Assembly (NCBI GenBank): GCA_035299145.1
Contig: DATGWZ010000023.1
Span: 681,801 to 745,800 of the forward strand
DNA from: Saprospiraceae bacterium
GTDB lineage: Bacteria; Bacteroidota; Bacteroidia; Chitinophagales; Saprospiraceae
Direction of reading: 5' to 3'
Length of the DNA: 64,000 nt
A program made the position numbers and the translations under genes. Positions 47,820-55,689 of this stretch are shown one piece after another (position 1 is the first letter of the stretch; every line of letters begins with the position of its first letter). The notes beneath the pieces were generated by a model. The model had not been told where the DNA came from and made no database searches. It saw only the letters and a list, made by a program, of their open reading frames with translations.

Positions 47820-48099
47820 ATATTTCGGGTTAAATCTAATGGTAAATTTTTATTTAGATGGTTGTAGTTTGTAACTGCCTTTTAGCTTTGCATTTTAATT
47901 AAATTGATCATAATCTTTTACTTTCGAAACGATAGTACTATCAAAGTATTTATCTAAATACACACAAAACTGACCTAAATATAGAGAAATTCATAATTGT
48001 ATGGAATCAAAGTAATAGATTTAGATCATAGCTTACCTTCGTGTTCATTTCATGAAAAATCCTTAGACTTATAATTCATAATAAAAAATCATTTCATCA

Positions 48100-49371
48100 C
48101 TACACCTTCCTAACCATCATCTTTTCTACTCTCGTTAGATACTTTCTATTATCAAAAGCAATCATAAATATCACCAATTGGTAAAAAAGTATGCCATAAT
48201 TAGACTCTCCGAAAATACCGAACTCTGTAAATGAATTGATAATCACAGGGATTAACATGCCTAGCAACATGAGTTTTATCTCTTTATTTTCCCTAAAGAT
48301 GCCGCGTAATGTAAATATCATCTGAAATATCACCAGCGTCAGTCCTACAAATCCTAAATTCATCAATACCTGCATAAAAGTATTATGAGTCATCTTGCCA
48401 GGATAAGTGTGTGTACTCTGAAAAAACTCTTTGTAGTCAATACGCATAAACCCAAAACCCAATAAAGGTTCTCTAGGCAATCCTTCACTGATAAGGGCTT
48501 TCCAGAAAGGTAACCTTCCTGTCATACTCATGACTTCTTCGAGTCTTTCTGTGTCTCCACCTTTAAGTACTACTTTCCAAATGGCAACTGGCGCAATGAT
48601 AAGCATACCCGCGATGATAAGTGCTTTGAGTTGTTTTTTGTCAGACTGACTAATATGAAAGTAAATAATTAACAAAGCTCCGATCAACGATGATCTCGAA
48701 CCTGTGGCATACAGGGCATAAAAAATGACGATTAATTTTACAATAGTCCATACTGTGTGATGCTTACGATATAAATCAAAAATCAAGCAAGCTACACCTA
48801 CACCCGCAAGCATACCGAGTTCATTGGGATTCATAATATACCCGCCAAGTCTTGCTTCTTCACCACCGTGGGTCAGCCTGTAAAATGTATCAGGATCGAC
48901 AAACATACCTACGACAAATATCAGAATAAGGATAAAAACCGTATTGCCCAATAAATTGTAGAGTTTGGTCGTATTGTTGGGAAAGTAGATATTTAATAAG
49001 GCTATACTTTTGACAAAAAAGTAACAAAATACCAGACTTTGCATCGTCATAAACCACTGCAACGCACTAAAACCTACATTTGTACTCCACAAAAAAGACA
49101 AAAATCCAAGACCAAGATAAGCAAAATACAATCTTGATGCCAATACATTCTTTGCTACCAAAGTATCTGGTGCACCATTATTTACAATTCGTCGGTAGAT
49201 TAGATAGGATCCTATCAATACACCCATGCGACCTACTACTTTGATGACTCTTGTGATGATAATATTTTCACTCCACGTAAAAAAGCCTGCCACCATTAGA
49301 AATAATAGGACAAATAACCATGTATTGATACTTTTCAGAAATTCTGCCTCATTAAAATTTTTATATCTCAT
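48100..49371 (-). CDS. O-antigen ligase/polymerase family (Wzy-like) membrane protein
   Basis: About 10-12 TM helices, ATGSRSSLIGAL motif in a periplasmic-loop context typical of the Wzy_C family. Confidence 0.7.
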   Translation of the reverse strand: MRYKNFNEAEFLKSINTWLFVLLFLMVAGFFTWSENIIITRVIKVVGRMGVLIGSYLIYRRIVNNGAPDTLVAKNVLASRLYFAYLGLGFLSFLWSTNVGFSALQWFMTMQSLVFCYFFVKSIALLNIYFPNNTTKLYNLLGNTVFILILIFVVGMFVDPDTFYRLTHGGEEARLGGYIMNPNELGMLAGVGVACLIFDLYRKHHTVWTIVKLIVIFYALYATGSRSSLIGALLIIYFHISQSDKKQLKALIIAGMLIIAPVAIWKVVLKGGDTERLEEVMSMTGRLPFWKALISEGLPREPLLGFGFMRIDYKEFFQSTHTYPGKMTHNTFMQVLMNLGFVGLTLVIFQMIFTLRGIFRENKEIKLMLLGMLIPVIINSFTEFGIFGESNYGILFYQLVIFMIAFDNRKYLTRVEKMMVRKV

Positions 49372-50477
49372 ATCCCGTACATCTCATCAAATTGTGGTAA
49401 AATTGCTGACCATGCAAAATGGGTTTTTACCATAATTTTTGCGTTTTCACCTTTGGGCAAAAGTTTATTTTTTTGCCATTCAGCGTAAAGTGTCATCAAT
49501 CCTGTGGTTATTTCTTTTGAACTTTCATTGATTACAGCTATACCAGCATCATATTTTTCTATGGTTTCGGCTACATTTGTTGCCTGACTCACAATGCAAG
49601 GCAAACCCATTGATGCTGCTTCCAATACAGAAGCCGGTAGTCCTTCGTTACGAGAAGGATGGGCAAAAACATGCATTTCAGACATGATGTTTTCTTTAAC
49701 TTGACCGAATTTACTTCCGAAAAGTTTAACTTTATTGACCAATTTTTTTTCGATTATCATAGCTTGAAGTGTCTCCCTTTCATCACTATCTCCCAATATC
49801 CAGAGCTCTGTCTGTGGCATCTGTTTTGTAAAAGCTTCAAAAGCATCGACCAATAAATCCAGACCTTTGGTATAAATATCCAGTCTTCCTACAAATCCTA
49901 TGATGAACTTCTGGCTGTCATTTGCTATTGCCAAAGTCGGTGGCTGTGACTCGAAACCATAAGGAAGAAGAAAACTCTTATTATTATCAAAGATCGTAGC
50001 CAATCCCAAAGTCTCGCTTTGTCCGATACAATGTATTTTATAAGCAGATCGAAGGACATTTTTTTCAAATAGTTGGAAATACATCTTCTTAACCAAAGCA
50101 CTCTTTTGCATGGCAATCGTATTATATCCACCATGTGGTGTCACAATATATCTAGCATTGTATTTTTTAAGTGTACTTGCTACTGCCCAAAAGGTAGATA
50201 CCCAAGATCCATGTATGTGGAAAACAGCTTTATTTGCATGGGCTTTGATGGCTGCTTTCAGTGTGCTGTCCAAGGCAAAATGATGTTTGCCCAATGGAAA
50301 TAGTAAGGTTGAAAAAGCTCGCTCTGGAAAATTTTTGATTGGATCTTTTGTGATGCCCCACACAGAGACATTTCTACCAGATTCAGCTTGTTTGGTGGCG
50401 AGTTGGAATACTACTTTATTGACGCCATTCATCCTTTCTGGATTGGCTTTACCCAAGACTATGTGAATGATTTCCAT
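49368..50477 (-). CDS. glycosyltransferase family 4 (GT-B fold)
   Basis: HPSRNEGLPASVLEAASMGLPCIVS (EX7E). 4-nt overlap with the downstream gene. Confidence 0.8.
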   Translation of the reverse strand: MEIIHIVLGKANPERMNGVNKVVFQLATKQAESGRNVSVWGITKDPIKNFPERAFSTLLFPLGKHHFALDSTLKAAIKAHANKAVFHIHGSWVSTFWAVASTLKKYNARYIVTPHGGYNTIAMQKSALVKKMYFQLFEKNVLRSAYKIHCIGQSETLGLATIFDNNKSFLLPYGFESQPPTLAIANDSQKFIIGFVGRLDIYTKGLDLLVDAFEAFTKQMPQTELWILGDSDERETLQAMIIEKKLVNKVKLFGSKFGQVKENIMSEMHVFAHPSRNEGLPASVLEAASMGLPCIVSQATNVAETIEKYDAGIAVINESSKEITTGLMTLYAEWQKNKLLPKGENAKIMVKTHFAWSAILPQFDEMYGI

Positions 50478-51709
50478 AATGATCTTTCTTTTTTATGTAA
50501 TGAATATTGCCATATGGCGAAGAGTACTAATTGGTTTAGCCCTAGGCCTATGATGGCACCTGTGAGTTGGAAATTTGAGAGTAAATATGATGCTGTCGAT
50601 AAACTTAAGGCAAAAGAGATGATATATCCACTTAGAAATAAATGATTCATTTCATGCAATCTGATAAGCATTCTGACAGGATAATTTATCAATATGATTA
50701 CATACAATATAACCATCCATCTGATCACAAAGCCATAAGTGATATATGCTTTTCCACCTGCTAAAAGTATGATTTGATCTGCAAATACAAACATGACTAA
50801 CAGAATAATAACTACTGGAAATATCGTTTTGACTATCAGTGTCTTTAAATATTCGTAAGCTACTTGTTTAGATTGCTGAAAACGGATAGACGCTTGTGGT
50901 AAAACATAACTTTCTATGCCTTGTAGCAATACATTGATCAATCCAAATAATGTCTGTACCAATCTAAATGCACCAAGTGCCTCCACACCTAAAATCAAAC
51001 CTGATGTTGCCACAAAAAAATTGGATGTCAACCATTGTACAATTGCTGTGGGAGCTAACCATTGAGCTTGTTTAAAATGGGTCTTTAGAAAATCTAAGCT
51101 TTCTGTTTTGATATATGTTGAGTTAATCAAATTACCTATAAAAAAAACAATACTTGGCAAAAAACCCAAAGTCATTAATAGTAATACCTGTGATATGCTA
51201 AGTTCTAAAAGATAGGTTATAGCAGCGGCGGCTATTTGTGAGAATGTCACCAATAATTCAATGACAACAAGTTTGTTCATCTTATTTTCGACCAACAATC
51301 TCTTGCGTACATAGTCAAAAAGGATCGTAGTTATTGCATAAGCACCTGCAGGAAATAATACCATCGACCAACCGAAATCGTAATATCTATCTAAAAAGTA
51401 AATGAAGCTCACAGCAAAAAATGTAATTAACATTACACCTAATTGCATCAGAACGGTGGCAGATAAATAGCTCTTATTTTCTTTGTGAGTACCATACAAA
51501 ACTTGCATAGGTTGTACGACAAAAGCACTAGAAATACTCATCAATAAAAAAGTATATAACTGTATCGATACAAAGACACCAAAATCATAAGCTTGTAGCG
51601 TCCGTGCAAAAATAAGAATGGTAAAAAAAGTAGTACCACTATATAATGCTTGATCTAGGATAACTTTCGTTTTGTCCGTAAATAGTATGCTTTTAAGACC
51701 AAATTTCAT
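50459..51709 (-). CDS. oligosaccharide flippase (Wzx/MOP superfamily)
   Basis: 416 aa, about 12 TM helices. Position between the wzc-like gene and the glycosyltransferase. Confidence 0.7.
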   Translation of the reverse strand: MKFGLKSILFTDKTKVILDQALYSGTTFFTILIFARTLQAYDFGVFVSIQLYTFLLMSISSAFVVQPMQVLYGTHKENKSYLSATVLMQLGVMLITFFAVSFIYFLDRYYDFGWSMVLFPAGAYAITTILFDYVRKRLLVENKMNKLVVIELLVTFSQIAAAAITYLLELSISQVLLLMTLGFLPSIVFFIGNLINSTYIKTESLDFLKTHFKQAQWLAPTAIVQWLTSNFFVATSGLILGVEALGAFRLVQTLFGLINVLLQGIESYVLPQASIRFQQSKQVAYEYLKTLIVKTIFPVVIILLVMFVFADQIILLAGGKAYITYGFVIRWMVILYVIILINYPVRMLIRLHEMNHLFLSGYIISFALSLSTASYLLSNFQLTGAIIGLGLNQLVLFAIWQYSLHKKERSLWKSFT

Positions 51710-53910
51710 ATCAAAGATTTTTTGACTGGTTTTGTCATAAATTTCTTTACTATTTGGATCATCTCAGAGATTATATTTGGATTGTATTGATATCTGTTTA
51801 ATACGAAATGTACATTAGAAAATTTAAATTCATCACACAGTAGGTTATATTGCAAGATAGCTTTTTTGGGTGTATACCTTGCATCCAAAAAAACCAAATT
51901 ACAGTCACTTAATGACATCCAGGCATTGGACAATATTCCATCTGTAACACTTTCATTATTGATTAATACGAGATCATATTGGTCTAAATGTTGGATGGTA
52001 TATGTCTCGAGAGCATCAAGTGTTTTATGAGTGAATTTTTCAATATCCAATCGTAGATAATCGACATTTGACAGCTTTGTTTTCAGCGGACTTTCGCTGA
52101 TTTCTTCGATATTGGACAATATTCCTTCAGCGTCTAGAATGAGTACTTTTCTACCCTGTAATCCCAAGACTTCTGCTACATTTACAAGATGTAATACTTT
52201 CCCTTCATTTGTTTTTGCGGACGTGAAGCACACTATTTCTTTATCTTGGATGACTTCTTTTACAAACAAATTTTGAACGGATTTTAAGAAATGCTTTCGC
52301 AAAGCTTCAGGAGATTTTAAGTACGGCGTATGTAATGTGACAGGCAAAGTAGAATTAGATTCTATACTCTCCACATCATTTACCCTTGCTTTTAAAGCAT
52401 GAACTATAGTGATCAATGCTATCGCGAAAAACATACCCAATAGCGCACATACAATGATAATTATCGGTCTATTAGGTGATACGGGATTTTTAGATATCGC
52501 AGCAGGAGTAATGATTCTATGGAATGATAATTTTGCTGCTCGCGCTATATCTGCTTCTATTTTTTTGTTATTGAGAAAATTGTAAGAACCCTGAAAAATT
52601 TCGAAGTCCCTATTCATCATATTCATAAGCTTTTCCTTTTCTGGGAGACCTATAAATACTTTTTCTGCTTCTTCGATATCGTCATTCAGATTTTTATATT
52701 TTGTGTCTAAGCTTTTTTTAGTGTTTTGTATACTTTCTACGAGATAATCCGTGTGGTCTTTGATCTTTTTGTCCACGAGTCTTACCCTTTCATCGTTAGC
52801 TGTATATGTAAGCAATAAGTCCTTTTTTTCACCCTGTAGCTGTTTTATTTTTTTAACCATCTCGGTAGAAAGCAAGTCTGTAAACGCTTCAAAATTTGGT
52901 GCCAAATCCAGAAAATTATCTTTACCACGTGCGATATAGTCATTCAATTCGTGGATAGCCTCAAGATTCATTTTTATATTGGTCTGTTGAATTTTCAGTT
53001 GAGATATTTTACGTAAATCTGTTTCTGTTTCCTGACGTATATTTATAATATTTTTATCGTCTCTATAACCTTGGATATTATTCTCTGAGTTGCTTAGCTT
53101 TTTAGACACTTCATCTATTCTATTATTAAGAAATTGTGATGTCGTCTCTGCAGCTTGATATTTAATACTGATATAATCATCGATGTAGGCACTAGCAAGA
53201 GCATTTACAAATACAGCGGCTTTTTCTGGAACAGCACTTTTGTAACTGATACGTATCACAGGCACATCTTTATCTACAGATGTTACATCAAGGTGGGTCA
53301 ATACTTCTTGTATCAGTGCCTCTTTGTTTTTTACTTGATAAACATAGGTACCTATAATAGTCATGTTTGGTTTTTCTTCCAATAATGGTCTATTTATACC
53401 TACCAAAAGTTTTCCTCCTTCAAATTGTAGACTTTCATCCATTTTTCCAGCCAGGGTGGTTCCTATATTTGGTAAGGTTAAGGTATAGTTTTCTGTATCT
53501 TTGACATTAATGATAAAATCCTTTCCATACCACTGATCGTCTTCTATCGACATTTGCAGATTGATAGGTGAGTCATTGTAAAGTTCTGTATTTTTGATGG
53601 CTCCTTTTCTATATAATGTCGTGTGATATCCTATTTTGTCTAATACTTTTTCAAGTAGTACATGAGATTTGATCACTTCTATTTCAGCCGCAATTTTATT
53701 AGCACTAGCAAACACGTCCAAGTCTTTAAATAAGTTGGCTCCTGTCACACTTTCTCCTACATCTGCAAGTCTAAGTTTTGTCGTACTTTCGTACATGGGT
53801 GTCGTGTAAGACAGATACTTTTTTGCTATCCAGATCCCTGCCACCATACACAAGATGATGATGGGTAATCCACGAAGGTAAGGTTTTAAGATTTTAAGAC
53901 TTTCTTCCAT
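51706..53910 (-). CDS. Wzc/GumC-like polysaccharide co-polymerase with a degenerate C-terminal BY-kinase-like domain
   Basis: N-terminal TM, Wzz-like domain, long coiled coil, second TM. The C-terminal P-loop region reads FTSAKTNEGKV / VLILDAEG / LVLINNES instead of GEGK[ST] / DxDxR / DTPP. Confidence 0.75.
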   Translation of the reverse strand: MEESLKILKPYLRGLPIIILCMVAGIWIAKKYLSYTTPMYESTTKLRLADVGESVTGANLFKDLDVFASANKIAAEIEVIKSHVLLEKVLDKIGYHTTLYRKGAIKNTELYNDSPINLQMSIEDDQWYGKDFIINVKDTENYTLTLPNIGTTLAGKMDESLQFEGGKLLVGINRPLLEEKPNMTIIGTYVYQVKNKEALIQEVLTHLDVTSVDKDVPVIRISYKSAVPEKAAVFVNALASAYIDDYISIKYQAAETTSQFLNNRIDEVSKKLSNSENNIQGYRDDKNIINIRQETETDLRKISQLKIQQTNIKMNLEAIHELNDYIARGKDNFLDLAPNFEAFTDLLSTEMVKKIKQLQGEKKDLLLTYTANDERVRLVDKKIKDHTDYLVESIQNTKKSLDTKYKNLNDDIEEAEKVFIGLPEKEKLMNMMNRDFEIFQGSYNFLNNKKIEADIARAAKLSFHRIITPAAISKNPVSPNRPIIIIVCALLGMFFAIALITIVHALKARVNDVESIESNSTLPVTLHTPYLKSPEALRKHFLKSVQNLFVKEVIQDKEIVCFTSAKTNEGKVLHLVNVAEVLGLQGRKVLILDAEGILSNIEEISESPLKTKLSNVDYLRLDIEKFTHKTLDALETYTIQHLDQYDLVLINNESVTDGILSNAWMSLSDCNLVFLDARYTPKKAILQYNLLCDEFKFSNVHFVLNRYQYNPNIISEMIQIVKKFMTKPVKKSLI

Positions 53911-53934
53911 TATAAAATGTTGTTAACTTGGTAT

Positions 53935-53950
53935 GTATATGATAAAGCCA
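53935..53950 (-). promoter_or_regulatory. TGGCT box (weak sigma-54 -24-like) inside the loop of an 11-bp inverted repeat
   Basis: The minus strand reads TGGCTTTATCATATAC, 40 nt upstream of the ATG at 53910. The inverted-repeat arms are 53927-53937 and 53953-53963. Confidence 0.25.
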
Positions 53951-54013
53951 TTTACATACCAAGATGTATTATATTGATAATTAATTACTTATGAAATGTT
54001 TGAATAGAATGTA

Positions 54014-54047
54014 TTCCATTTATTAGATACAAATCCAAATATTGGAA
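54014..54047. promoter_or_regulatory. operator/UAS pair (half-site plus ATCCA-N5-TGGAA) between wza and the wzc-like gene
   Basis: TTCCA at 54014-54018 (right half degenerate) and 54033-54047 ATCCAAATATTGGAA, in a 19-bp register. Confidence 0.5.
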
Positions 54048-54058
54048 ATTCAAGTTGT

Positions 54059-54808
54059 TTAAAATGCGCCTATCAAAATGGCAGCAGATGTTGCAGAAGT
54101 TGCAATAGGAATGATGGTAGAGATTCGTTTGTCAAACTCTTTATTTTTCTTTGATGGAGCTATAATGATATCTCCTGGACGCAACTGAATATTGCGAGCA
54201 CCTTCATCAGAAGCAATGGTCAGGTCTATATTTGCTATTTTAACTTTCGGACCATCTTGTCGTAATACTTTAATACTCTTCAGATTTGCATAATACTCAA
54301 ATCCCCCAGCTTTAGCTACTAGTTCTAGCAACGAATTATTATCTTTATCTACATGGATGACAGCAGGATTTCTAAATTCGCCGAGCAATGTGATTTCTTT
54401 GTTCATCACTTTGACATCTACGATGGGATTAGCTATCCATTGACTGATTAGGCTTTTTATACTATCTTTCAGCATAGGTAATGTCATACCTTTGACCATC
54501 ATGGTTCCAATTTTTGGAATTTCTATATTGCCATTTGCATCTACCATCAACCATTTTCCATAAACTTCATTAGAATTATATATCCCATATACCGATCCTA
54601 TACTAAGCTCATCTTGTCCCCAAACACTGATATTTACCTTGTTGTCTATTTCGATGATGTGTTGATAATCAGCACGATATCTAAAAATACTATCTAACTT
54701 GATCTCTTCATTTTCTTTTTCTGGAGAAAAGTGAAATAGGTTTTGGGTTTTGCATGAATCCAATAATAAGATAATACCTAAAAAGAGTATAAATTTTAGA
54801 TTTCGCAT
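54059..54808 (-). CDS. wza: polysaccharide export outer-membrane protein (Wza family: Poly_export plus SLBB)
   Basis: Lipoprotein-like signal (LLLDSC). PKIGTMMVKGMTLPMLKDSI and LRPGDIIIAP motifs. Confidence 0.8.
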   Translation of the reverse strand: MRNLKFILFLGIILLLDSCKTQNLFHFSPEKENEEIKLDSIFRYRADYQHIIEIDNKVNISVWGQDELSIGSVYGIYNSNEVYGKWLMVDANGNIEIPKIGTMMVKGMTLPMLKDSIKSLISQWIANPIVDVKVMNKEITLLGEFRNPAVIHVDKDNNSLLELVAKAGGFEYYANLKSIKVLRQDGPKVKIANIDLTIASDEGARNIQLRPGDIIIAPSKKNKEFDKRISTIIPIATSATSAAILIGAF

Positions 54809-55239
54809 TATAAGAAAAGATTTGCAAGTTTTTGAAGTGGTTTATTTTTCTTGTTGATGATCAACTGATGGATTTCACCTATTCTATATAATACTTTGGT
54901 GATTTTATCAGTAGTATCACTTCCTTTTATGATGTAATCAAAAGCACCATACTTGAGTGAGTCAATAGCTGTAGTCATATCTTCTTGTCCGGAAACCATG
55001 ACTACATAAATATTAGGATCAAATCGTTTGATTTTTTTTAATACTTCAAAACCATTTAAATCATCCATCTGATGGTCAAGAAGTACTATGCCAGGCTTTT
55101 CTGTTAATTCATTTAGACAAGAAGTCCCATTTGAAAAGCAAGTCACATCGTCATATCCTAGATTTTGGAGATGTTGTTTAAAGATTGTAGACGTAAAGAT
55201 GTCGTCGTCAGCTATAAAGATTTTTTTTGTATTGATCAT
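54808..55239 (-). CDS. stand-alone CheY-like response regulator receiver protein
   Basis: IFIADDD...VLLDHQMDDLNG...VVMVSGQ...DYIIKG. No output domain. The stop overlaps the wza start (TAATG). Confidence 0.85.
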   Translation of the reverse strand: MINTKKIFIADDDIFTSTIFKQHLQNLGYDDVTCFSNGTSCLNELTEKPGIVLLDHQMDDLNGFEVLKKIKRFDPNIYVVMVSGQEDMTTAIDSLKYGAFDYIIKGSDTTDKITKVLYRIGEIHQLIINKKNKPLQKLANLFL

Positions 55240-55267
55240 GGTAACATATTTTTGTTATGTTACTATA

Positions 55268-55283
55268 AACGAAGGTTATGCCA
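55268..55283 (-). promoter_or_regulatory. TGGCAT box (sigma-54 -24-like; the -12 reads TCGTT)
   Basis: The minus strand reads TGGCATAACCTTCGTT, 44 nt upstream of the ATG at 55239 and 60 nt from the centre of the palindrome. Confidence 0.35.
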
Positions 55284-55335
55284 ATTTACAAATAATTGAT
55301 ATACAGCTATATACAAAATAATAAAAAATTTTAAA

Positions 55336-55369
55336 TTCCATATTTTGGAATCAATTCCACATGAAAGAT
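55336..55369. promoter_or_regulatory. operator/UAS pair (perfect TTCCA-N5-TGGAA plus half-site) in the divergent receiver-wza / GH53 intergenic region
   Basis: 55336-55350 TTCCATATTTTGGAA and TTCCA at 55355-55359, in a 19-bp register. Confidence 0.55.
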
Positions 55370-55689
55370 TCTTGATAACTAAAAAAATCACCATAAAAAA
55401 CCATTCTTAAGTCTTTCAAGATCAAAAATCGTAACTTATCCAATGAAATGATTATTGGGTCGACACTTAAATTTACTTATTATGAGCTTTATTAACTGCA
55501 TTCTTAATCACAGGTGCCTTTTTACCTTAACTTATCCCATTTTTGGTAAATCCAATTAAACTATTCGTTCATAAAAGAATAAATAAATCCATTACTGTGG
55601 TCCAAAATAATCCATGTCAAAATGAACAAACATGCAAATATTCATATTGTAACACTCGTCTAAGCATAGCAAATTCACAATACCTTATC

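Noticed and set aside
47450-47830. Retron msr/msd, IS110 bridge RNA, TnpB/IscB omega RNA, tmRNA, RNase P, SRP or 6S RNA in the ORF-free spacer
   Set aside because: There is no reverse transcriptase, recombinase or TnpB/IscB gene nearby. I could not find the conserved primary-sequence signatures I know for tmRNA, RNase P RNA or SRP RNA. I left the element as an unclassified MITE or structured RNA.
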